A DNA stretch of 64,000 nucleotides, taken from positions 2,790,001-2,854,000 of the forward strand of contig CM030336.1 of assembly GCA_017654855.1 (NCBI GenBank), read 5' to 3'. Position 1 is the stretch's first letter. Each line of letters begins with the position of its first letter. Shown piece after piece: positions 50,940 to 62,926 of this stretch. Made by a program: the position numbers and the translations under genes. The stretch is from Podospora anserina. Taxonomy: Eukaryota. The notes under the pieces are model-generated. The model ran no database searches. It was not told the origin of the DNA and saw only the letters and a list, made by a program, of their open reading frames with translations.

Positions 50940-51764
50940 GGTGATTGTTTGTTCCGGTAGTTGACCGGGATGTTGTTTTCCAGCTGCAGATTATTCAGGA
51001 ATAAATCAGATGTAGACGAGGCAAGCCGTCCCTTTTATACTCCAAGCGGCCATGTCAGGGGGAGGAAACAAGCACCACGATCTGCATTGACTTCCCTAAA
51101 CATATTGCCGGTCCCCATCGCGACTGATACCATGACGCACACCCTCCACGACCCTTGGTAGCATTCCGTTGCTCCGCCGAGCTCGCGTACGGAGTTTATC
51201 GTGCTGGTAAAAGTCGTCGAGTTGTATTCCTCTGCCAATTTGTCCCAAGAAACAACCCGTGACGCCGGTCGTCCCACCAATCGAGAATATTTCGAGAAGT
51301 ATTAGTGTGTTATGCGGCCAGCCTGCCAGCGGAGTGTGGATCCACAGTGGTAGCAGACGAGGTTACATCCCAGGAGAATACCCGCGAAGAACTGTTCTGG
51401 AGCATACACCTTGTTAGCCTCATAGATCCGCTTTCCCAATTTCGTTAGACTGCCGCTCGTGAAAGCTTGGTCCTGGTACCCGGTTGTGTGTTGCGGTGGC
51501 TTGTTTCCCGCCCAAGGGAATGCGGGGGGTCACATCGCAAGAGGAGGGCCAGAGGTTTCGACTTTAACACATTTAGCCTGAAATCGTCAGGCCCCGGCTG
51601 CCGGCAACGTCTGCCACGGGGCCATCGGGCTGCTGCCACGCATTGGACCCGCTATCACATTTCAGGACACGGACGAATATCCGTATGATCAGATTGGGCT
51701 GGTGAGATGTCGGTCTTGTCCGAGACGGCGATGTCTTGAAAGGCCCAAGTCAAGACCCTGCACT

Positions 51765-53873
51765 TCAACCATGTTGTCCATGCTCATCTTGTCTCATCAA
51801 CCTCAAACAATGGCAAAATATCCGCAAATCCGAAGCGGATGCCTCTCCGTTCATGAAGCCGAGCAAGGAACAAATTCCAACATGATGATACTGGGTTGAG
51901 GAGCCTTTGAATGGGCGTAGTATGATAGGGACATTGCTTCCGTGCAAGACGCACACAAGATCACCGGCCTGGGAACCTCGGGGGCACATCCCCAATGGCC
52001 GTCTTGTGCCTGAAAAGGAACCATTCCTTGGATCAAATACCTAATCTCACCAAATGAGCCGAGGATGTGATGACTGTCGTCCCAGTTGACCCTAAACCAC
52101 TCCAGTTTCGGTTCAAAATTGCTTTGTTGAATCTCAGAGGCTGTCCACAAGTTTTCCAGTATCCATTCTAGAGTGTTGAATGTAGATGTCCGTTTCCCTA
52201 GCTGCTCTGCCAAAAAGCCACCGAGCCCCGAAAAGTCTGTCGGGTAGGTCGGCTGAGTTCTGGCCCAAGCTGATATGAGTATGACCAACATTGTTCGATA
52301 CCCTTTGAAGAATACGACGTCACTGAGTGGCGTGGTAAAGTCACACTAAAGTACGCGCGTGAGAGTAAGAAGGGGTGGGATTCTGCTGTTGTGTGTCCGG
52401 TATTGAGAGACAAACTTGACGATGAAGCGCAAAGGGCTGTCGAAATAGCGGAACTGTTTAACGGCAACGAACGCTCGGGGTTACTGGAATCGGGCAAAGG
52501 CAGCAAAGCACATCGGTGATCTGTTGAACCATCCGACCAAAGACTTTCAAGCAGTCGTCGGCTAGGCCGGGTAAGACAGGAACAGGCCCAAAACCTTGGT
52601 CAGCGTTACCAAGCAGCCATGGGGGAGTACCAAGGGGCTTTTTCGCTATGCCGGAAAAGTGGGGAACCCATGTTGGACAGCCAGCTGGGTAGTCAAAGAA
52701 GCCGATACCTGCCATGAAGAGAAACTTGAGTTCACAGAAATTGGGGGTCTGGTGTGTTTGAGACTGGTAGTCTTGTCCATGTCCTTACCCACTCCGTCCA
52801 TGGGCCATACTGTGGCTTGCCATGCGTGCAATCCGGGTTGATAGCCAGGCCGGTTACACCAAGCATGCCGTTGACATAGTCTTTCTCATTTGTGGCCTGG
52901 AGCTTGGCAGCGGCGTAGGCAAGGTCATAGACTGTCATTCTTGCATTCTCGGTTGGGCCTGGTTGTTGTGAGGTGTCGGCAAAGGTAAGCCTCCTGTTTC
53001 GTGCGTGTTGGATGGTGTATACCTTCTCCCGACGGGGTGGAGTCTTGAAGATGGTCCTCCAAATCCTCCGGTGGAAGAAGGTCGGGGCATGACCGCAGCA
53101 CCACCGGTCAATTTGGCGGACAGCATCGGCAATGTGTTCCAGCATTGAGTATGGTGTAGCTGCAAGCGGGCAGGCCAGCAACAAGCGGTCTGCGAGCACC
53201 GCTTCCTGAAAGATCGATATCTGATACCAATAAGGCAAATCCAGCAAAAGCCACACGGCAGACCAGATGGTGTTTCCTGGACCGGGGGCGGGATGTTCCG
53301 TGTCGGTCGGGTCTAGGTCGCAGAGATGAGAAAATAGAAAGCTAAGCCAAGCCAAGTCTTTTTCTGTATTTGTCCCTCCCATTCGCCAGCGGGCCTCATT
53401 TCGGACATGGTCTTGAACCATGGACCGAGGCCAACGATGCACTCGAGTGCCTTGGCTACACGATCCGGGTCAGTTGTGCCTAACCAGCCGATGGCGAGTT
53501 CGGCTGATGCGTAGAGGGTGGCCACAGTTGAACCTGTGAGGCGCGTTTGGCATTATCACTTTGGTCGATGCCGATGCCATCAGCCCAGAGCCCGAGCGTG
53601 GCGGGGTCCCTGTCGCGAAATTCGGCTTGCCAATGTGTCGTGACAGGCTTCAAGGCCGCATGGAGAGCTTGAAGTGATGTTGACTTGGACACCGTTGACG
53701 AGAATGGGATCAGTCACAGACAATGCAGTGAACGAAGACACATCTTGGACCAAGGCAACTGTGTCGAGGTGGCAATTGAGTCGGCCTTCAACCTCACCCG
53801 CAATCCTCAAGAGCCGTATTTCCTTTCGAGAGGGGTCAAGAGGCTGGTTAACGTCGTGGCGGGCGGCATCCAT
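51765..53873 (-). pseudogene. HET-domain (HET-6-like) pseudogene with many frameshifts
   Basis: Pieces in different frames: PLDPSRKEIRLL, FTALS, LWADGIGIDQSD..RASQV, LYASA...GWLG, YWYQISIFQEAVLA, ATNEKDYVNGMLG, PTWVP, GDLVCVLHGSNVPIILRP..VGICSLLGFMNGEA. Confidence 0.8.
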
Positions 53874-54771
53874 GGTTCTGGCAAGCACGCAGCTGCCTGA
53901 TGTCGCTCGCCTTCCAGGTTGAGGATATCAATTACCCCGCAAAATTCCAAGGCAGCTGCGATCAGCCGTGTTCAGTTGCACTCAGCCTTGCACAAGCATG
54001 AACAGCCAATCAGAAATATTGGCGACATTTTGCCACTTTTACACCTGGGAGACTTGAATCAATAGTTCATATCATGGCGTCAAGTGAGTCGAATACGAGT
54101 CGCTAACTTGACAAACAGCCCATACTATTACAAGTACGCACCCGTTTCGTGAAGGCTGTCATGAGATTTCAACCATGGTGTCTGGTTGGCTACACGATAG
54201 AATGCACCACCCATTAAATATTTTTGAAAGTTGAGCGGTTCAAGTATTTCAAGACGTGGACCAATATTCTACTCTTAGTGACTTGGTCTGAGGCATCAGT
54301 CAGGTTATCTTACTCGGAGCGTGACATTCTAGTGATGTGACAGTCTGGTGGTGATGGTGTTGTCAATATTGACGCAGGCCAAGCCCCGTATTTTCCACCC
54401 ACAGAACGTTGAAAGCGGGATAAGCACGGAAAGATTCCAACGGCATGGCTTTCAGCCCTAACGTTGCTTTGGTGGAGTTGATTGGCCGGTGCGGCATGGG
54501 GATGCCGTATGCGGCCAACAGGCGCAGTGAGCAGAGTTGAATACGAGATCAGGTGACGCGCTGGCCAATGGCAAGGTGAAGGGCTAAATCGTGTTACCCA
54601 TCCTATCCACCAACGACGACGTCTGGGTTAGGACATATGAAGATCACCTGGTAGTATATAATAGTCAGCCAACGGCCACTTCCACTTCAACTTCAGCTCT
54701 GCTCTGTTCTCAAGAGCCACACTGAAAGTCACGAGTCTTGATCCAATCACGACAAAAATTTAACCACAACA

Positions 54772-55398
54772 ATGAAATCAATACTCTTCCTTCTCTCCTC
54801 CATCTCCCTAGCCGCTTCAGCCTGCGCCCAAGGAAAGGACTACTTCTTCCACTATGTGGCCGGCAACTCTGTGATTAACGGGCAGCGCCTCCGCGGCAAC
54901 TTCTCCATCCCATATGTTTCTCCTGGCGTCTCTCACGCACCGTACAACCCATCCGACCACTTCAACCGCATCCATCTGAACACTTCCCTCACATCAACGG
55001 CACCCAAGGTGCTCCTGGTTGTGCCGACCAACCCCCATCCTCCTCCTGTACCTGGATACTATGGCTTGTCCAATGCGGAAGGTTTTGATTCGGCCTATCG
55101 GCTGGTGTACTCTTATCGGCCGGAGGAGGCGGGCAACGGCTTTGTGTACCGGAATTGGAGGACGAATGGGAATTTCCTGAGGTTTGACATTGGTGGTGCG
55201 AGTGATGATGGGTATCGGTGGATTGCTGTCCGGGAGGTGACACAGGCCGGGAATGAGAGATGGGTGCCATGGTGGGTGAAGCCGACGGTGGCGAACTTTG
55301 CGACTTTGGAGGGTTGGGAGTACGATATTGCCGAGCTGGAGTTGGTGGAGGCGACGGGGCCGGTGAACTCACTCGCGCCTGGGGGGGTGCAGGAGTAG
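54772..55398 (+). CDS. Small secreted protein of unknown function (208 aa)
   Basis: Signal peptide MKSILFLLSSISLAASACA, good ACAACAATG start context, TATATAA upstream at about 54655. Confidence 0.75.
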   Translation: MKSILFLLSSISLAASACAQGKDYFFHYVAGNSVINGQRLRGNFSIPYVSPGVSHAPYNPSDHFNRIHLNTSLTSTAPKVLLVVPTNPHPPPVPGYYGLSNAEGFDSAYRLVYSYRPEEAGNGFVYRNWRTNGNFLRFDIGGASDDGYRWIAVREVTQAGNERWVPWWVKPTVANFATLEGWEYDIAELELVEATGPVNSLAPGGVQE

Positions 55399-55770
55399 GC
55401 GAATCATGAATTGATGATGACAAGGGGGGAGGGTGGTGGATTTCATCGCACAAATGATACCAGATAACAGCCATGATGAATATTCGAAAGTAAATAGACT
55501 TAACCGTTGGTATGACACTGTTTTTGCCCCCCCCTTTTTTTGATGGGATTCAGGGATGCGTGCCTCGGCTCCCATTGCTGCCTGAATCCAGCCCAGCAAA
55601 ATCGGTCTTTAGCGCCTGTCCTCTCCACCACTGCCTTAAAGCAGGGATTCTCTTTCATCTTTATAAACAACAACACTACCTCCCGCCCACAAGAACGTCG
55701 CCTTTTCCAATCCAACATCAACTCTCACAACCAAACTCTCCATTGTTTGGTCCTGTCCATCATCATCAAA

Positions 55771-57456
55771 ATGCCCCCCAAAACGACCCTCACAATGGCC
55801 TCCATCACCGCCTCACTCACCCCGCAGGACCTCGCCAATGCGAGCGAAATCTCCTCCCTCCTCCTCAAAATCTACCAAACCCTCATCTACATGCAATACC
55901 TCCCCGCAAAATCCCTCCACCCGGGCCCCCACGATCTCACTCGCCTCCTCCCCCTGTTCGAAAAGCTCCAATTGACACCCCAAATCATTTACCTCTACAC
56001 CGTCCTGCCCTACGTCTCTTCCAAAGGCCACGACTTCTACCATGGCGGGTACTTTGCCGACTTTCGCAGCAAGCGCGACGTCAAAGACGCCAGAAACACA
56101 TTCTACGCCGAGGACCGCCGGGAGCAGATGCGCCCTTGGATGACGCCGCTTAGCTTGTGCTGTAACCACTCGGCCGTGCTGTTTTATGATTTCAGGCGGC
56201 ATCGGATAGGCATTTTTAGTCAGTGCGATGACTGGAGTAAGGATAAGGCGCTGAGGGCGAGGCATGGGGATATAAAGTTGGGATTGACGCCGGTGGAGGA
56301 CTTGGAGGTCGAGTCTGATTCTGAGCCCAGTAGTGAGGATGGGGGGAGTGAGCGGGATAGTGATGATGAAACGAGGTCGAGGAAGAAGATGAAGAAACAT
56401 TATCATCCGTGGTTGGGGTGCGGGAGCCAGGGGAGGAATGTGTGGGATGATATGCCTTCGAGGCCAGCAGGGGATGTGCTGAGGGATATACTCAGGGAGT
56501 ATGAGACTTTGGAGGAGGTACCGTGGGTGTATGAGCATGGGTCGAGCCGAGACTGGCCGACGGGGTTGAAGCAGTTGTTCTTCAAGTATGGTTGGCCGGG
56601 CAAACAATTTGCGAACAATGTCGAGGCGTTTGAGCTGGACAAGATGCGGCTTGCGGCAATGGGGACTCTCAGGAGGCGCGCGAAGGACATATGTGAGCAG
56701 GTCAAGCAAGCGAAGGAAAGGGTGGAGGAGAGGAATGGGCCCGACTTTCTGCTTTTGAGGCGACAGATTGCTATGGCCGAGACACCAGACGAAGAATGGA
56801 TTGCGAGGTATCAACTTTGGCGGAAGGAGCAAATCATCGAGCAATCAAAAAAGGAGCTGGAAGAGGCAGAGGCAACGAGGGACCGGCGGTTTCCATCTGG
56901 GCACAAGCTTAGCATGTTTAGCCAGAAGCCGGAGGATTGGATCCTGTGGGAGGTGCAAAAATGGAGGCAGGATATTGCCCGCGAGGAGGAGCACCTCCAG
57001 TCTGCCGTGGAGCAGGCCGAGATGTTCGCAGCTGGTCTCCTCGGCAATGAAGCCAATCTGGAATACATCAAAGACAACCTCGAAAAAAGACAGAACAACT
57101 TGGAGCTCCTCCGCAAGGTCTTGGAAATGAGTAAGGAGGACGCGGAGAGGCTATGCCCTGGGATGGAGGAGCTCCCAGTCGAGGATGAAAGCGCCAACAC
57201 TGCCAGCTTCCACAACCGAGCCTATGCCATTGGTTGCCATGAGAAAGCGATTGACGAGATAAAAGGCTTCATGGCTACCGTGCCGATACATTGTACCAAA
57301 ACAATACAGCTTCTGCAGGGAGAGATTGAAAATCACCGCGAGGACATCAAACGCAGCAATAAATGGTGGGACGGACACGAAGAGGCCATAAGGAATTTCG
57401 AAAAGAGGAAGGAGGCCCTTGCTGTTATGAAGGCCAAGCAGAAGACGGAAGGTTGA
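55771..57456 (+). CDS. Hypothetical protein with a globular N-terminal domain and long coiled-coil C-terminus
   Basis: Long uninterrupted ORF with CAAAATG start context and E/K/R-rich heptad-like C-terminal half. Confidence 0.75.
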   Translation: MPPKTTLTMASITASLTPQDLANASEISSLLLKIYQTLIYMQYLPAKSLHPGPHDLTRLLPLFEKLQLTPQIIYLYTVLPYVSSKGHDFYHGGYFADFRSKRDVKDARNTFYAEDRREQMRPWMTPLSLCCNHSAVLFYDFRRHRIGIFSQCDDWSKDKALRARHGDIKLGLTPVEDLEVESDSEPSSEDGGSERDSDDETRSRKKMKKHYHPWLGCGSQGRNVWDDMPSRPAGDVLRDILREYETLEEVPWVYEHGSSRDWPTGLKQLFFKYGWPGKQFANNVEAFELDKMRLAAMGTLRRRAKDICEQVKQAKERVEERNGPDFLLLRRQIAMAETPDEEWIARYQLWRKEQIIEQSKKELEEAEATRDRRFPSGHKLSMFSQKPEDWILWEVQKWRQDIAREEEHLQSAVEQAEMFAAGLLGNEANLEYIKDNLEKRQNNLELLRKVLEMSKEDAERLCPGMEELPVEDESANTASFHNRAYAIGCHEKAIDEIKGFMATVPIHCTKTIQLLQGEIENHREDIKRSNKWWDGHEEAIRNFEKRKEALAVMKAKQKTEG

Positions 57457-57644
57457 GAAACGGTCGCAACAAAGATAGTCTTGGAAAGGCAAATAAACGA
57501 GTCAAATGTTGTTTCATCCCGTGTGCCCCTCGCTTTGTATGCTATGCTCATGTAAGAGCCAGAGAGCCGCCTGCCAATGCTACCATGCAAGGACGCCAAA
57601 AGCCTAGCCAAAAATGCGTCAACTTGGGTTCGTATTTCCAATTT

Positions 57645-58921
57645 TCATGACGAAGTGCCGGGTTTCTTGGCATAAACAACATAGCTACTCCACGGTCAGT
57701 GTCTCATTTCATCAAGGCCACATGATGCCGACTTACTAGGGCACCCAACTGTGCATGTTGCGGTCCACCACTTCATTTCTTGCCCTGGCCATCAAGACCT
57801 GAAAGTAAGTCTCGTCACCGCCAAGGATGTCCTTGTAGCCCCGTGCAAAGACATTCATGATGCCATCCCTGTAGTGTGTCAACTCCAGGGCGCCAATCCT
57901 CTTGAGTCTCTCATCCTTTGGCCAGGGGTTGGTTGGAATCTTGTACATCTTTTGCACAATATCCTCGTATCCCTCCTCTTCCAGATACTTTGTCCAGCTC
58001 AAAGGCTCCATCCCTGAGACGCCAACCTTGGCGGACATGTCGAAAAAGATCTGCGCCGTCTCCAGGTAGGCGCTATCCTTGGGCAGAGTGTCATCGTCGG
58101 ATGAGAACAGTGGGACGGATGCGCCAAGCTGGAGGTATGCCCCCGGCTTGAGCGCCCTCTTGGCCTGGCGAAAGAGCCTCGGCCAGTCCCGGATGGCCAT
58201 GATTAGTTCCCTTGCGTGGATGAAGTCAAACTTGTTCTCCCCCCAAAGCCAGTCGTTCTCGATGTCGTCGATCTCAAAACTGAGGTTGGGAGGGATGAGG
58301 TTCGGTTGGGTAGGCGCGAGATCGACGCCGATGACCTCGGCCGACGGAAACATGTCTGCCACCTCGATGGCCCAGATGCCAGAGCCCGTGCCAAGGTCGA
58401 GAATCTTTTGCGGGTCAGAAGGCACGGGGCAAATGAATAGGCGGTTGCCAAGGAGGAGGGTGAACTTGTAGTGTTGGAGATCATTGCGGTCCAGCTGTGC
58501 AGGGCGTCAGCGATTTGTCAGAAGGAACATGCAGATACCACCGGCAGAGCAAAAATACCTCCTCATCGTCAATGGGAAGCCATTGTTTGTGCATGCCGTA
58601 TGCAGCATAAAGCCTCCCATTTTCCTCAACGCCGCGCCGAATGTCAGATGCGATGGAGCTCAAATACCGTGTCGATGTTGATTCCGCATATCCCTCATCG
58701 TCTGTCCACCGGTCGGGCTCGATGCTGTCGTTATCGGTGTCGGTGGCAGTGGGTGCCGAGAGACTCTCATTGAGCGAGGGCGCAATGCCGGGCTCGTCAA
58801 AGTCGCACTGTTGTTCGTTGGTATCGGTCTTGTCTGTCGCGAGGTGCTTGCCCTTGTCTTGGCGTTGATCGTCGCCGGAGCCGAAGCCGGCTGGGTCGTC
58901 GTCATGATCTCTGTAGGGCAT
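57645..58921 (-). CDS. LaeA-like / TAM-type SAM-dependent methyltransferase
   Basis: ENGRLY..WLPIDDEE|LDRNDLQH, ILDLGTGSGIWAIEVAD.FPSAEVIGVDLAP.QP, FEIDD, FDFIHAR, LKPG, WPKD; 2 introns. Confidence 0.9.
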
Positions 58922-59953
58922 TTTGATGGCAATCGCAACGACGAAGAAAGGATGAAAGGATCATCATGATGCGTGTCAGATGGAAAAGCAGAAAGGTGGG
59001 GAAGAGAGTAAATGGCAGGTGTCCCAAAGGGCCAAAGGGGCGCTGAGATTTCCTGTGGCTTGCCTGGACCTTGGGAATCCCGACCAACTGGGTCCTTTGT
59101 TTTCCTGCCGTGTTCTGTGCCGGAGTCTTGAGGGTGGGTGACATGCAGCTTTTTTCGCATCCTGTGCTGGGTAGGTCTTTGTCCAGCCGTTCGCTGACTG
59201 GCGGCTGTTCCGGGTTCCAATCCATCGGGACACATCGCCCCGGTCCTGTTTGTCCCTCGGCTGGTAGGTGTGTCGCTGATCCACGGCTCGCTAATGTGGT
59301 CGGGTCGAGTTTGTTCTTTTTTCTTTTCTGTTTCGTTCTCCGTGATGTTGCAGAAACAGACCATCTAAGCCGAACCGCCCCCGCCAGCATGTGCCTCCCT
59401 GGCACTGCAATAATAGCAGCGAACTGACCAATGAGAAGGGCCGAGATGCACAACCCCAACCCCCCTCGTTTGTGTAACCAGGGCAGAGATATGTCCGGTC
59501 GCTGCTATTCAGTCCCTAACAGGTATGGACGACCCGACAGTCTGGCTCCCGGGGCCGACGGGATGTTGGAATTTTCATGACTTCCATCAGCCAATTCCAC
59601 TGTGTTGCTCTTAATCTGTGGTGTGTAACAGTCTATCTGCTCTCCTCCCTGCGACCCCCGCATTCTCGACGACCACGGCCCCTCAGTTGAACCCCCGCAC
59701 CAATCGCAAGAGTATCATGGGCGGTTGGTACTTTTGTTCGATATTCTGTCCTCCTGCAGCTTCATGACCCTGGGACAGGCACTGCGGGGTATGTGAGCAT
59801 CATCCCCGGTAGCCCCTTGTGGAAGACATCACGACATGGTGATGGGATTGGCTAGGTATTTAACATGCCGCTGCACCTCATCCATTGGGCCACCCTTCTC
59901 TCTGCTACCAGCTGCCGCATCGACCGCTCCTCAGTGCAACCCCCAACTCCGCC

Positions 59954-61373
59954 ATGGCTTTACCCACCAAGCAAGAGGTCCAGGATCTCGTCAAACAGCT
60001 GACTGAAGCTGCCAACGCCTATGATGATTCCGCCAGTCTTGCCGGCCATCTCGCCCGCACCGACATTATCGCAAGGGCGAAGGACCTCCAGCGTGCCTTG
60101 ATCACTGCCGATCAGACACCTGCCTATCATGGCCTAAATGTGAGTTTCTTTCACTACTCATCTGCATCATGAGATATCATATGCTGACTTTGTTGTTTGT
60201 GAACAGATGGCCGAGTTGATTGCTGCCCGCACCTTCATCAAGATTGGAGCTCTCAACGCCATCCCCGAGACGGGAACCATTTCCCTCCACGGTCTCTCCA
60301 AGGCCACCGGAGCCCAAGAATCTCTCCTAGGTTTGTTTATCAGATTCGACAGCCTCGACCTTGTTGTGTAACTGACCATGAATGGCAGAGCGCGATGCCC
60401 GTATCCTCGTGGCCACTGGCTTTCTGCTCCAGCCTTCTGCCACCACCCTTGCCTACGCTCACAGCAAGTTCAGCCTCGTCTACCGCGCTGGCTCGCCGGC
60501 CGGTTACTTCTTCCTTGCCCTCTATGACCAGTACCTCAAGCATGCCTACAACTTTGACGACTATCTCGAGGCGCACGGCCAGGTCTCTGCGGCCCGCGAA
60601 CCCGATGATCCCCTCCACAACCCCTGCACCTGGAACGCAAAGCAGGATGGTGTGTCTGTCTGGCAGATCATGGCTCAGAACCCGGAGAAGCTGGACCAGT
60701 TCCAAAAGGGATTGGCCGGCATTGATGTTGCCGTCCCGCCCGTGGGTCATTTTGACTTTTCATTGTTGAAAAACAGCGACGAGGAGAATGCTGCGGGGAT
60801 CAAGGAGCTGGTTGATGTCGGGGGTGGCCATGGAGTGGTGTTGTCCAAGATTCTCGCTGCTCATCCAGACTTGGGTGCCAGGAACACAGTGTTGCAGGAA
60901 CGGAAGGACATTTGTGCTCTGGCCGCTGAACATCTGCCCGAGGGAGCAGTGGCGATGGAACATGATTTTACAAAGGAACAGCCTGTGAAAGGTAAGTCTG
61001 GGTCATTGTCCTGGTGGATCCTATGAATATTGCTGACTTCAGTTGCTCAACAGGAGCGAAGGGCTATTTCTTCCGGATGATCATGCACGACTATTCCGAC
61101 GCCGTTGCCTCAGGAATTCTGAAGCAGATCGTACCTGCCATGAACAGCCAGTCCAGGGTCCTGGTCTGTGATATGATCTTGCCGCAAAAGGTTGGCGAGG
61201 CCGACTTTGCAGCGGCCGTGATGGATCATGCCGTTATGACCATGGGTGGCAAGGAAAGAACTGAGGAAGGCTTCAGAAAGATCTTTGACGCTGCTGGACT
61301 GGAGTTGGTCAAGGTTTGGAGGGCCCCGGGCGTTCCCGGTGGTGTGGTTGAGGGAAGGCTGAGGGCTAACTGA
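59954..61373 (+). CDS. O-methyltransferase (Methyltransf_2 family)
   Basis: LVDVGGGHG, VLQE, MEHDF..EQPVKGA.GYFFRMIMHDYSD, GGKERTE; 3 introns. Confidence 0.92.
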
Positions 61374-62062
61374 TTTGATGACACGAGAAGATGACAACTG
61401 AGCAGAGGATTACGTTGTCAGAAGTACTGTGATGTCTTGATAGGTAGTTTGGCCTTTTTTTCTCTTTCTTCTGGCTATATTAATGAAGATCCCTTTTTGG
61501 ATATCTGATTTTGTCTCTGGAGTAACCTTTACGTGTCTGTGTGCTAGGAAACACGCCTCCGTCAGTGTCACTGGGCCAGCTCATGTAACTTGCTCTTGTG
61601 TGAATGATAAGAGATTGCTTGATACTGGAACCTTTGGGATCTTTTTTCTACCTAATTAGTTTTAGCGCTAGGCTATATCATGTATGAGATATGTAGGATG
61701 CCTAAAGAAACTGGGACAACCCTGTGCCCTGTCTTATTCATCTTATCTCGAGCCTGGAGCAACAAAGATTGGGTGTAGATCATGAAGGAACATTCCATGC
61801 CATGGTGGAGATTTTCTCGGGCAATAGCCGGCTGGGGTAACTTGGAGTTTCCAGTGCCTGGAAGCAGTAGCATAATAGGTACGTATCGTTGTGGTAGAAT
61901 CACGGTGCAAAATGAAGCAATTTTGGGTATATGCAAACAGTGACTTTTAAAGTGAAATGGAGGAGATTGTCCTGTTTCCAGGTTATCAACTTTCTCTTCA
62001 ATGATCATTAAAATCCTGTTAGATGGGTGCCTCGTGAGTACTCCTCAGCCCAATGATGTCGT

Positions 62063-62136
62063 CGACCCAGTGATTCCGCCGACCCAGTGACTCCGCCGAC
62101 CCAGTGTTCTCGCCAACCCAGATCTCGCCGATCCAA
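62063..62136. repeat. Degenerate 17-bp tandem repeat (about 4.5 units)
   Basis: CGACCCAGTGATTCCGC / CGACCCAGTGACTCCGC / CGACCCAGTGTTCTCGC / CAACCCAGATCTCGC / CGATCCAA. Confidence 0.75.
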
Positions 62137-62926
62137 TAGTGTCGTCGGCCCCCAGCTAGGGTGTGGTCAAGGAACCGCAGACATGAACTACGGTTTGAAG
62201 ATGTGTGAATAGGGTTCCCTTGAGCCTCCAGCACAATAGGTGCCTTAGGTAGCAAAGACTGTTCTTGTATGCCTCGATGAATACCCTCCATAGCATTCTT
62301 ATCACTTGTCTGTCTGCTCTGTTGGGCCATTAACTGCTCTGGCCCTTCATCCCCATTCACTTCCAGCAGACTCTTCTTATCAAGCCCTGTCATCCACACC
62401 CTCGGGGCCCCTGCACTTGCCATTCTGCCCACACTTTTCGTTCACCAATTTAGTGCCGCTCTGGTGTCTATAAATTATTTCCTCTCATCCTTGCTCTTGC
62501 TTTCGTCCTCTTCCACCACACACCGGACCCATCCCTCCCGCTTCGAGCTTTGTGCCAGTCTGTTGCCCAACACAACACACATCAGATCTCCAAGCAAGCT
62601 TCGCATTGAAGCCTCATAGTAAGTCGCACCACCTCCACCACTGTCATCATCATTGTCATCTCTGCTTAATTATTCATCTCTGCTTCCTACATCTTGTGGA
62701 CGTTATCCACACATGAGGGAAGGTGACAAGGGTATTGTCACATTTCCTTCACACATCACTCATCTCTTCCAGCCCTGAGGCCTTGCTTTTCATTCACAGG
62801 ACACATCTTTGGACTTCTCACCTCACAGTGAATCACTGACACTGACACTTCTCTTTCTTCCACAAGCATTTCGACTTCTCATTACATCTGCCACACTTTC
62901 TCACAAACAACCACCGCTCAACCACA

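Noticed and set aside
62019-62432. 137-aa minus-strand ORF
   Set aside because: No motif, and it crosses a 17-bp-period repeat that is inconsistent with coding.
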